A DNA stretch of 64,000 bases, taken from Camelus dromedarius (lineage: Eukaryota). Both the position numbers and the translations under genes were made by a program. The notes under the pieces are model-generated. The model saw only the letters and a list, made by a program, of their open reading frames with translations, was not told the DNA's origin and ran no database searches. The stretch spans positions 13,022,001 to 13,086,000 of the forward strand of contig NC_087437.1 in assembly GCF_036321535.1 (NCBI RefSeq). Reading direction: 5' to 3'. This document shows, one piece after another, positions 53,021 through 64,000 of the stretch. The first letter of the stretch is position 1. Every line of letters starts with the position of its first letter.

Positions 53021-54058
53021 CACTGGTCTCAACTGAGCGTGATTTTGCCCCTAGGGGACCTTTGGCAATATCTGGTGACATGTTTGGTTGTCATAAATGG
53101 GGGTTGAGTGGATACAGGCCAGAAACACTGCTAGACACCCTACAAGGCACAAGACAGCCAACTGCAAAAAAGAACTGTCCAGCCAAAATGTCAACAATGT
53201 GTGCAATGTTGTGATTTATGATTTTGCCCCACCCTAGCACACAGCTCCTGGAATTTCTTAAGTGCTGTGAGTGATGAAGTTGTTGCTTGTGATGTTACTG
53301 AGGTGACTTTTGGAAAGCCCCTAGACAACCTGAGGATGGAGGCTGGTTGCCAGGGAAACCAGCCAGGATAAGAGAGCTGGAACTTTCAGCCCTGCACCTA
53401 CCTCTGGGGGACGGGAGAAGGATGGGTGATTGAGTTCAGTCGCCAATGGCTAATGATTAAATCAACCATGCCTACCAAATAACGCCCTTGTAACAACCCA
53501 AAAGGACATTTGCAGTTTCTTTCCTAAACATGTAGGCATGCTGCAAGAGTGTTGCCCCCAAGAGCATGGAAGCTCGGTCCCCTTTCCCACAAACCTTGCC
53601 CTATGCATCTCTTCCATCTCCCTGTTCCCAGCTATGTCCCTTCATAACACATTGGTGATCTGGTAAACCATTTTCCTGAGTTCTGTGAGCTCTTCTAGAA
53701 AAGTAGTAGATCTCCGGGGGGGGTGGGTGCTGAGGAAATCTTGGCTGTATAGCCAGTTGGTTAGAAGCACAGGTGACAACCTGGACTTGTGATCCACATC
53801 AAAGTGTGTGTGTCTGGGGCACGGTTTGGGGGGCAGCCTTATAGGACTGAGCCCTTAACCTATGGGATCCGATGCTCTCTCCTGGTAGATAAGATCAAAA
53901 TTGAGTTAAATTGCAGGACATCCAGCTGGTGTCACAGAACTGCTCGATATGGGGAAAACTCCAGACACTTGGTTTCAGAAGCGTCAGAAGTAGTGTATGT
54001 GATATAAATAAAAACAATGGTGTCTTTTTTCTTTACAGTGCTGCCGTTGAGAACTCTG
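53021..54058 (+). mobile_element. MER20 hAT MITE, split by an LTR (pieces 53021-53197 and 54038-54058)
   Basis: gattttgcccctaggggacctttggcaatatctggtgacat...aagaactgtccagccaaaatgtcaa, with the terminal gttgagaactctg after the LTR. Degenerate 8-bp TSD ctttacat/ctgtagat. Confidence 0.8.
53198..54037 (+). mobile_element. MER21-like solo LTR
   Basis: ggctggttgccagggaaacc...aactttcagccc...ccaatggctaatgattaaatcaaccatgccta...ccttgccctatgcatctcttccatct...agaagcacaggtgacaacctggacttg...ggactgagcccttaacct. Confidence 0.85.
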
Positions 54059-56432
54059 CTGTAGATGTTATAATCCACCAGTCTCCCAGACTCGAGTACC
54101 CGCCACCATTCATTAATTCTTCATTCAGCAGTCATATGTTAGGGGCCCTGCACCAAGCATTGTTCTGGTGTCAGGGACGCAGCCTGGTCAGGGCACAGTC
54201 CTCACCATAAGGGACCTTCCAGATGTACTGGACCCTGCTGGCCTCATCCTTTAACTGTTCGGCTCTGTTAACTTCCGTGAACCACAGACCCACTTTGGAC
54301 TCTGACTAGTTGTGGGATGTGGACATCTTGAACACGGTCTAGAATGGACCACAGCCTCTTGAGTTAGAGCATGACAGGTGACATTCATCATCTTAAACAG
54401 ACTATTTTTAGCACAGCAGTGCACCACGTGTAATGGCTGTGGAGAATTTTCTCAGATTTGGTATAGTCTGAAAGAAGTTAGCTTTTTTAGGTCTTTTTGT
54501 GTGTGGGATCTCATGGGGATCTTCCTCTGGAGAAGTGGGACCATGGTCACGTCTTTTTGGCTCCATGACGTGTTGAGTAATGGGTGTTGTTTGAAAGGAG
54601 ACACTTAACAAATGTAAGGGAGTGAATGCAGATTTAGTGTTCTGCTTAGAGCATTCGTGGTATATAATTTTGGAAACTGCTTGCTAGAGTCTGGTAGTAA
54701 CCTCTCAAGGTGTCCCTGTAACATTATTATGCTAGTAGTGTATTTCAGAGCTCAGAAATTTGATCCGGAGAACTGGATCTCTGTGTGTGAACAAAGGACA
54801 GGGGCAGGATTACAAGAGTGTGTGTTTTGTACCAGGTAAGTCAGATGGACAGAACAGGCTGGTGTGGGATGCTTTATGACTGCTATTTTGGAAACTTGGT
54901 CATGTATTTTTAGCTCACAGAACCTCTGTTCTGACACAGTTCCTTTGGGGGACACTCCACGGCTGCTGGGAGAGGGGGAAGCCCCGGCAATGCTTTCTCC
55001 TTGTGTCACAGCAGGGCACACAGGCAAGCGAGGAAAGCCCTTTGGAATTCTAGTTGTGATAATCTAGAGTTTACGTGGCTGAACATTCCAGCTTTGCAAA
55101 ATTATTTTTTAAGCTAAATCAAAGGTTCCCTGGAGCCAGGCTGGTGGCTACAAAGAGCAAGCAGTGGAGGCAGAGGTGAGGCAGGCATGGGAGCTGGGCT
55201 AAAGGGCAGGTCAGCACCACTGCTTCAGGACAGCGCTGCTGTAATCAACTAGACAGCGATGAGTGACCCCGCTGGGCTCCTTAATTTGTCATCATTAAAT
55301 AGCCCTACGTCCAGTGAAACCAGAGAGGTAGTTCAGCCTCCCATGATTTCTGCAGAGTTGTGAGGAGGTAGGGAAAGGGGTCTTCACAAGCCTTCTAGCC
55401 AGACCACTTGTTATGAGTAAAATTGGAATGTGCCCTACTGCTCTGATCATTTATGGACTCCAAATGCTCCCAGACGAAAAATAGCTTCCTTTTATTTTGT
55501 GCAAGTGTACAGAAGATGATTAAAAGGGAGGCGAATTTTCTATTCTCAAGCTGATGAAGATGTCCACGCTGTGGAAGGCACACATAATGACTAAAACACA
55601 TCTCATGTTTACTATGTACCAAACATTGTGGAGTGCATGCTACACGTTTATCTCAATAAAGGAGATGCAATTATTATTTTTATTTTATTGATGCAGATGC
55701 CCTAAGTGTTGTGTCTTTTGAATAGTGCCTGTAATGTATAGGATGTCCAATTAATATTTGTTAAATAATTTATAAAATAAACCATGAGATAAATCTGGAT
55801 AAGAAAGATGAAGTAAGCTTCCCCTTAATTTCTAATGATGGTAGAATACCTTGTTGCAGATACCTTTCAACTGGATGAAATAGTGATGAAATAACCTGTT
55901 TTAAGTTAAAAAAAACATAGTGCCCAAGTCAGCTCTCCCTCAGAGAAGCCATAAAGAGACAAAATCCTGAATTGGCAGGAGGCATAGAGACCTGAGCCCC
56001 CAGATCGATGCCTTCTTTCCACCTTGAGACAGGTACCTTCTAAAGCAGTGGGGCATAGCCTCAGAAGCTGAGGAGAGCTTTCAGAAAATTCACAAGGCTA
56101 AGGTACAAAGATTGGAGCCCACCAAGAGGCAAAGTCCCCATGGACATGCTGAGGGTGCCCAGGTCCTGCAGACCTGATTCATCCCAGCCCCACCACTTCC
56201 CAGCTGGACACATTAGTCCACAATTTTTTTTCTGGTTGTTAATAAACTTTTATCAACTCATCATCCATGTTCACTTTGATGAATTAGCACAAAGTGAGCA
56301 CATCCATTCAACCATGATCCAGATCAAGAAGTAGAATCCTGGAAACCTCCCTCGCCCCTCTATTCCTAAGTAACTACTATCCTGACCTCTGATACCATAA
56401 ACAAATTTACCTTTTTTTTTTTTTTAACTATA

Positions 56433-56652
56433 CAGTTGACCCTTAAACAACGTGAGTTTGAACTGTGTGAGTCCACTCATGCTTGGGTTTTTTCCGCTAT
56501 ACACATAATGGAGTACTACATGATTGGAGTTTGATTGAATCCTCGGATGTGGAACTGTGGATACAGAGGGTGACGGCGAAGTTACCCATGGGCTTTCAAT
56601 TGTTGCGGGCTGATTGTGGCGCTAACCCCTTGCATCGTTCAAAGGTCAACTG
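56433..56652 (+). mobile_element. Tigger2-derived MITE (second copy), inside an old L1M fragment (~56240-56920, - strand)
   Basis: TIRs cagttgaccctt / aaaggtcaactg with TA on both sides. Similar to 23910-24126. Confidence 0.9.
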
Positions 56653-57009
56653 TAACTTTATGTCTGAGGGATTCATCTATATTGCAGGAGAACATTTCAT
56701 TAATTTTCTGTTGCTGTGCATAATACTATTTTATGGCTCAACGTAAGGTCAATTTTGGTAAACTTCCCACATACACTTGAGAAGAATGTGTAATCTGCAA
56801 GCGTTGGGTGGTATTTATGCATACTTTGTTAGTTGCGTCCTTCAACTCGTCTCTATCTTTACTGATTTTCATTTTTTCTATCCTTTACTAACAATTGTGA
56901 GCTAAAATCTCTCATTATGAGATAGAAGAGATCTTAGAAATCACCTCATTTATTTTCTTAATTTTATTGATTGTAAACTGAGGCCAAGAGAAGGAAGCAA
57001 ATGGACTAC

Positions 57010-57170
57010 ATGTTGACCAATGAATACCATGTCCCAGGCAAGGACCCAGGCTCTTTACATATATCATCCCATTAAATCCCCGCAAGAACCCCATAAGGGA
57101 GGTAAATATCATAACGCTTTACTGGTGAGGAAACTAAGACCCAGTGAAGTTAAGCAACTTGTTCAGATGT
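57010..57170 (-). mobile_element. MIR SINE
   Basis: tttactggtgaggaaactaagacccagtgaagttaagcaacttg. Confidence 0.75.
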
Positions 57171-57961
57171 CTCTGAAGGCTAAAATGTACACTTCTTATT
57201 CTAAGCTTCAGTACGTTGCCCAGAGACTCACAGAATCCCTAATTAGTTATCTGTCATTCCATAGGCACTAATTCAGGGTCTTCTTGTGCCATGCAGTGTT
57301 TCAGCAGCTAAGTCATTAACATTAAAAGAAATAAGCCGTGACCATTTTCCCCAGGATAGTCACAGGTAAATGGAGAAAACATGCAAATAAACAGTTATAA
57401 TGTAAAGCTGGAGGAAAGCTGTGCATGTCCTATAAATGAGTTTGGATTTTATCTGGAAGGCACTGGAGGAGTCTTAAATTTTTTTTTTTTTTTTTTTTTT
57501 TAGCCAGGGATGGAGACTGAGCGTTAATACCAGCCAAAGTTGGTGGCAGCCTGAGCTGTGGCTGTGGCAGTGGGGATTGCCATCAGGGTATCAACTCAAA
57601 AGGGATGTGGAAAGCCATTCTGGGAATGGGCTGAATGGTACATTTTCCACCTTTATTGCTCATAGTTGCCAGTGGAGACAGTGCAGATTAAAGCAACTTC
57701 AAGTAGTACCTTTGCAGAATCTCAGCGCTTCAGGGACATTCTCCTTGTTTGAGGTGGGAAGGCGGGGGCTTCCCTGAGGTAGAGCAATGACCCAGGCATC
57801 CTAGGAAGAGCATCTGAGAGGACAGTAAATTGGGGCATGAAGGATGGAGTTTGTAGGTGAGAGTACTTCTCATCCCTGACCCTTTCCCACCAAAATTCCA
57901 GGTAGTTTGGGAAGTTGGCTTCATAATCCAGATGCTGCTGTCAATTCCTGTTCAGTAGTTA

Positions 57962-58624
57962 TGTTACCAAGCAGAACCCTGTGGGGCCTTCTTGGGGACA
58001 GAACACCTACCTTCCCGCATCTCCTGCATCTCCCGCATCTCGTTTGCAGGAAAGCTTTATCCTCCTAGGCCTTCCCTGAGTTCTAAAGAGGAAATTTAAT
58101 CAAAGTGAGAAAAGGCAGAAACAAAGGAAAACAGTCAAGCAAGGCAAAATAGTAACAGTTTAGCCATAAAACAAAGCCAAGGACCCTTAGTTCCTCCTCC
58201 AGGGCTATAGTTAGTATTCTGAGACATCTCCTTGAGTGGTTTTGCAGAGACTAAAACCCCCACCAGGTGGAAGAAGTTAACTGCATGCTGCCCACTAGCA
58301 CCTAGGCCCTGGACCAGTTAGAACCAGAAGACTGATCATTGAGATTCCTGAAACATCAGCCTATTACTTCACCGTCCACCAGTCAGAGGATTGTGCATAA
58401 ACTGATCACAAGGTGGAAACTCTCTCCTGTACAGTCTTTAAAAATCCTTCCCCAAAAGCCATTGGGGAGTTTGGGTCTTTTGAGCATGAGCTGCCCATTC
58501 TCCTTGCTTGGCCCCATGTTGGGCGCCTTGCAGCAAACACTGCACTTCCGTTGACCACAATCCCGTGTCAGTAGATTGGCTTCGCTGTGCACAGGCCAGC
58601 CGACCCAAGTTTGGTTCAGTTACA
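57962..58624 (+). mobile_element. ERV1 solo LTR, MER34-like
   Basis: Termini tgttacc...gttaca; ctttaaaaa box. Shares its 3' half with 26013-26509. Confidence 0.85.
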
Positions 58625-59723
58625 AGCACAAAACCATCCATGTCTCTTGTCTCTTCTTCATCAGTGCCTGGCTGTGCAATGCTCCTGTGTGACTGGGTAA
58701 CGGGGAACAGAGCATTTTGAACAGAGCTCAAAGACCAGGAAGTCACCTGTGGGCTCCTTTTGCTTTACCTGCAGTGGGACTGGGCACCTTACCCATCCTG
58801 GCTTCCGAGAGAGTCCCCTTCGGGAGCAGTAGATCTTTGTTTACCCAGATCTTACACACGTGTCCACTCACACCCAGGAATATTTAGCTACCTGGCCTCC
58901 ACCCCAGATCCAGGCTTCCAGTTGTCCTTTAAGAGTTGTCTCTTGCATAAAACTTTATTTTAACCCTTCCAAACAGGAATTTAAAAAAAAAATTCTTTGT
59001 TCTTTTCTATGTTAAAACACATAAATGAAAATAGTGGATTTTTAAAAATGATTTTAAATTATCATCGTGATCATCAGTGTTTGTACTTGCCCCGTGAGTA
59101 CAATTACGACACGTGAATGTGGGCAGCTGTTTCCTGGGCTTTGTGGTTAAGTCATAATACTGGCGGTACATCTCTGACTTCTGCACTGGTGCCCCACTGA
59201 ACCCAACAGAGCCACCTTCTGAGCAGTGTGTGTGCGTTGTGGCAGCTGGGGCCACATCATTTTCTAGATGCTTGCACTTCCTGAAATCTTGAAACTTATC
59301 TTAGTAAATATGAGGGTAAACTGTTACAGAGAGTTGCAGGTGAACTTCAAAAGAAAGGTAAATTTCTGGATCTTTCTTTGCCCAGGCTGGCCACAAATTC
59401 TCCCCTGCTGAATCATCATCCCTCTGTAACTTCTCTTTTCCAGTCTTCAGGACTGTCCTCCACTTCTGCTTCGCTCTTGGAGTATTTGATATTCAGAGTT
59501 CCAAACTCAGTCTTCTGATGTAAGCTGAACTTTAAAAATCCATAAGTGAACTTTATCTGCCCTCCTTTCTCTTTTCAACTCCCAAATGTGGTGAAAAAAG
59601 TGTTTCATTTTTCATGACCTGAAGAAGTGACCCCCTCAGGGAGGAAGTATGTCACCTTCCAGGGTGACTTAGTGTGATCCACAAAATCCACGACCTAATT
59701 TCCCTTTTGGCATGAGGGTGTTC

Positions 59724-60308
59724 TGTTACAGCAGGCAGATAGCTAGATATGAGCAGAGAAAGGGGGACTCAAGCCAAATGGCAGGAAACCATACATCGTG
59801 TTAACAACAGGGGTCCTTGGGCAGAGAAACAAATGCGGGAATTTCTGGGCTGTTAAGAAATCACACGTTTTGGGATCACAAGTACCCTGGAGGTCGACAA
59901 AGAAAGATAGGAAAAGGCAGGAATCTCCAGTGTCCAAATGTAACCTGTTGTTCATTATGCCCTTATTTCAATAAAATTAGCCATGCACTGATGCCATGAC
60001 ACTGCTGATCCAGACTGAATGGGGACAAAAATCCCTCCTCCCTTCAGGAAGGTGGAGCTGGAATGAAAATCAGAGAATGTGACCCCAGACCCTTCCCTCC
60101 CCAATGAATATTCCGCCCATTCATTTTTACACCCTATGTAACCAATTTGCCAGAGAAACTCTTGGCAGCTGCTCACCTGAGCCTGCCCGCTCTCCGCTTG
60201 AGAGTGTCCTATCCATCCCTTAATAAATCCCCACTTTACTTTCTTAACCTCCATGCCTTGTCTCTGAATTCCTTCTGCAATGAGACAAGAACCTAGTCAC
60301 CGGCAACA
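59724..60308 (+). mobile_element. ERV1-class solo LTR
   Basis: Termini tgttac...gcaaca; AATAAA at ~60222. Perfect 4-bp TSD gttc (59720-59723 / 60309-60312). Confidence 0.92.
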
Positions 60309-60543
60309 GTTCTCAGGTCCCTAGAAAGGAAAAGGACCCAGGGATGGCAAGGCGAAGCCCAATGCCAGGGGGCCACATTCCCTGAGCCAAAAGCCAGGGT
60401 GTGGCGGTAGGGGAGGGGGGGATTGCTAGACACCAAAGGGCAGAAGCACATGCGGGAATCTGTGGCCACAAGAGAAAAAGTGACAGTTCAGGGTCAAATG
60501 AAATAGGGAGAGTGGAGGAAAAGGGGACAATCCTGAGTGGCCC

Positions 60544-60898
60544 TGTGTTGGATGCTACGCTGCCCTTTAATAATAAAGGACTTATTCCCCTAGCTGCTGA
60601 CAATGCTGCCAAAAGATGTCCCTGCTGTTGGGCCTCTTTGGGGATGGGCGGCTCCCATTCAATGACTGACCAGCGCAGGAGAGTGAGGGCCCCGCCCTGC
60701 GGGGCCCTGCAGGATTGCACATAGGGTTGGCTGAGCCCTTCATTGAGGCTGCATCACAGCCCGACTCCTTCCTCTGTCCTATCCTGCTTGCTTCCTTTCC
60801 CCTCCACAGGTGTTGATCCCAAAAGCATCCAATAATAAACACCCCACATGCCAATCTTTGTCTCAGAGTCTGCTTTCCCGGGAAACCAATCAGAGACA
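60544..60898 (+). mobile_element. ERVL LTR16-like
   Basis: aaggacttattcccctagctgctg...ccacaggtgttgatcccaa...aataaacaccccacatgccaatctttgtctcagagtctgctttcccgggaaacc...gaca. Confidence 0.85.
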
Positions 60899-61953
60899 AT
60901 CACCTAGAACCCTTCTTGTGTGTTGGAAGATTGCCATGTTGAGCAGTTTGGGGTGAGATATGAGAATGATCAGACAGTTTCAGGGTTAAAGAGCAAAGCA
61001 GAAGCTCAATGTGTAAGGGCCTTTCATGTCCTTATATGACCCACAATGTAAAACAAGCACAAAAGGGTTGTTCCCACGAGAAAACTCAAGTGTGTGCGGC
61101 TCAGGGCCATGCAAACAAAAGCCATATTTCTAGGTCTGATCACACCCAACCTGAGAAGGGACGTGAGCTGGAACCCAGAGAGGCAGCCAGTTGCGTCTTC
61201 AGGCAAAGGGGGTGAACAGAAATCAGTTCAGAGTGAAGTGTGGTCCATAATGAGGAATCCATTAGAAGGAAGGAGGTGCAAACAGGCAAGAGAGTGATGT
61301 ATGGGGTGTGAGGTTGGGGTGAGGAAGGGCTCAGCCAGCTCCATGCAGAACTCTGGACCCTGGAGTCCACTGGGACGAGAACTGGTATTCGAGGCAGGAA
61401 CAGGAAAAATTCTGTGTATTTCCTGAAACCTGGGAAGGGGTGAAAGATGGCAAAGAAGCGAGGTCATGAACACCTAGGATTCCTACAGGCGGAGGAACCA
61501 CGTGGCAGTTTGCTGCTGAAGATGGGACAGACACAGCTGGCAGCCTGACAACATGGGGGGAGCACCATCAGGCTAAGACAGGGCAGTGCATTCAGCCACC
61601 ACCTCCCCGCTGCACATCCTCAAAGCCTGGCTATCTAACTGAAAGGCACATAAATGGAACCTGCCTGGTTATTTTGGCCCCTTACTCTATAGCACTTAGT
61701 GTTCTATGAAACTGAATAGAGGCGGATGAACAAGTCTATTTCTTTTCTTGGTTCTTTCAGAGCAGAATAAAGAGCTCTGGACATTGAACTTGGCACGTTA
61801 TACTTGCAAATAACTCCTGGGGATGGTGTGGTCAGGTCCTGCTTTTGTAGCCATGACACTTTTTTTCCTCCTGTAAATCCAGTTTATTTCCATGGATATG
61901 TACAGATATATTCATGACTAATTTAGGGTAGATCAAATGTCTCAAAGTGATAA

Positions 61954-62500
61954 TGTTATCTGAAAAGGTCAAGACCCCGATTTTTGTCATACCTGAGAGA
62001 TAAGTTTACAGTCAGGAGATGGTGCATTGTGTAGTGAAAGATTTTAAAAGATTTATTTAAAAAAAAGGAAAAGTACACCTCCAGGAATGGGAAGGGGGCT
62101 GACCCAAGGGAGGGAAAGGGGAGGTTTCTGTCTCCCCTTTCTCTCATACCCTCGCTTAGGGGTGCTCGCTTGATTGATTGACAGCTCTCGTCCCTGGAGT
62201 GCTGAGTCATGTATGGTCCCTTTGTGCAGGTGCTTACCCATGGTGCACACAGAAACACCCAAGGGTGGGAGCTGGCTAAACCACAAAGTTAATTATAATA
62301 CAATGAGCACTGGGTCATGTCTGGTTAAGTCCTTTCTGCTACCGTGTAGCCATGGCTGTTCTAACCGGTTTCTGGCTGGCAATCATTTAGAAGAAATAAA
62401 GTCCCTTTATGCTGGAGGCGGGCATAACTCCATCTTTCGGACCATCCTCCCTCTCCTCCATCTATCTGCCCTGTTCCCCCACTTATCTAACTACGTAACA
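61954..62500 (-). mobile_element. ERV1-class solo LTR
   Basis: Termini tgttat...gtaaca; reverse AATAAA at ~62052. Perfect 4-bp TSD ataa (61950-61953 / 62501-62504). Confidence 0.9.
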
Positions 62501-63569
62501 ATAATGTTGAGGGCTAGGATGATGAGTTTAAACAGTGGACTCAACTTTTTTGGTACAAGAGAGATATCAAATGTTAGTGTAAATTTCATAAAATTCAAAA
62601 TGACACCGTCATGGAAGAAGCAACTGCAACAGAATCATGTTTACAAGGCAGCAGTGTCTGGCAGCATCTATAAAACTTCCACATTTTTATTTTGACCCCC
62701 TTTAGCACCAAGCTGTTGTTAAATGGAACTGCTTGCTGCCCTGATGTCACTTGAATGTTTGGAAGACGGAGTCCTTGTGTTCCAGCAGACACGCGATCTC
62801 CCAATGAAGGGTCCCCATGCCTCTGCCTCTGGCCCCAAATCATGACAACTGTGCTTATGCCCAAAAGAAATGAAAAAGATTTTATTTGTTGATCAAAAGA
62901 GCAGTGTGCTGGTGAAAAACTCTAGCTGAAGTATTGCATGCAGTGTTTCTCTGACCATGTTAGATTCTGTGAGAGAACCTATAATTGCCTATGAATTTCT
63001 GTCTACTGCTCCATCTCTCATCCTCCCACTGTCCTGATTAGTCTTAGCGTGTTCACTTTCACAGATGGAAGAGCAAATGAGGAAACATAATGAGTTCCAC
63101 TCAGTTTTTTAAAAACTGATAACCATTATGTGCTTAATAGATCATAATCTAACAATGTACACTCAACGCTTAAAAATCCCCCGCAAAATGCTTAGCCCCT
63201 TGTTTTTTGTTATTTCACTGAATGTTTGTATCCTGGGCTAAGAACCATTTAAAAACATGTAGCACTCCCTTAGTTTTCAAAATAATTTCATATTGTTACA
63301 TTTCATAGAGCTATCATAATTTATTTTAATCTGACTCAAAATGTTGAGCATCTAGGTGGTTTCCGTACTTTTGCCCCTGCAAACAATGCTGCAAGGAATG
63401 TTTGTATGTTAATTTACAGTCTATAAGCTATCTATAAGTATAATAGTTGAATTTCCCCAAGTCCTGTAAAATTCTCCCGGGTTTATAACACAAATTCTTA
63501 GATGAGTGAGGAGAAACTATGATAATAGACCTGATGGGGGGTTAACTTTCTTCTCCCATCTCTGCCACC

Positions 63570-63975
63570 ATACCTTCCAGCCCTCAGGTTTATTTTTCCT
63601 CAATCCCTCACTCCTTGATATTTCCCTTAACATGTCATCCTGGTTCACAGTTCCCTGCCTGCTGTCAGGAGTACCTTTCTGCACTGAGTACCTAACAAAT
63701 TTCTACTCATCTTTTAAAACCTATTCACTCATCATCGCTCCTATGCAAGCACCTTCCCTTTCCTTCCGGAATGAATCACCTCTTCATTTGCAGTGGCTTC
63801 TACCTGGTAATACACGTCTATCGCTGCTCAAATAGCATGTTATTATAGTTATGTGTACGCATGGTTGTCTCCCCTATTGGACTCTGTACTCCTGGCAGGT
63901 TCCGACTGGGACTTCCTTGTTTTTCCATCTTTAATGCTAAGCAGACTGTCTCTGACATATAATGTTTGCTAAATG
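63570..63975 (+). mobile_element. LINE-2 3' end
   Basis: aatttctactcatcttttaa...gtctcccctattggactctgtactcctggcagg...aatgtttgctaaatga. Confidence 0.7.
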
Positions 63976-64000
63976 ATACAGGAAAAAGTTCTAACTAAAT

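Noticed and set aside
23910..56652. Two Tigger MITEs as the ends of a composite transposon
   Set aside because: Each has its own pair of TIRs and the two are substantially diverged, so they are independent insertions.
26013..58624. Two related same-orientation LTRs as the ends of one provirus
   Set aside because: They are 32 kb apart, differ in length and 5' half, and have no PBS, PPT or retroviral coding sequence between them. They are independent solo LTRs.
62174..62695. 173-aa ORF
   Set aside because: It starts inside a solo LTR (antisense to it) and crosses the TSD into flanking DNA. No gag/pol/env features.

Overview
Mammalian non-coding genomic DNA, most likely camelid: it carries a vic-1-type tRNA-derived SINE at ~7563-7679 and L1 3' ends of the camelid/cetartiodactyl type. 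I recognise no protein-coding exon, RNA gene or CpG-island promoter, so the window looks intergenic or deep intronic. A large part of it is transposon-derived: young and old L1s, L2, MIR, MaLR (MLT1), ERVL and ERV1 solo LTRs, and hAT/Tigger MITEs. All family names come from recalled consensus features, not from a database search. The most notable observations are: (i) a 1.7-kb twin-primed, 5'-inverted L1 with a 17-bp TSD; (ii) an L1 with a ~15-nt micro-inversion; (iii) an L1 that keeps both ends but has lost ORF1 and several ORF2 blocks, including the RT FADD motif; (iv) ERV1 solo LTRs carrying compact transcription-factor motif clusters (GAS+IRF+POU; PBX-PREP+ARE); (v) an identical 18-bp double-forkhead word repeated 499 bp apart in unique DNA; and (vi) a perfect 42-bp duplication inside an old MLT1. 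I found no convincing evidence of a new biological system.
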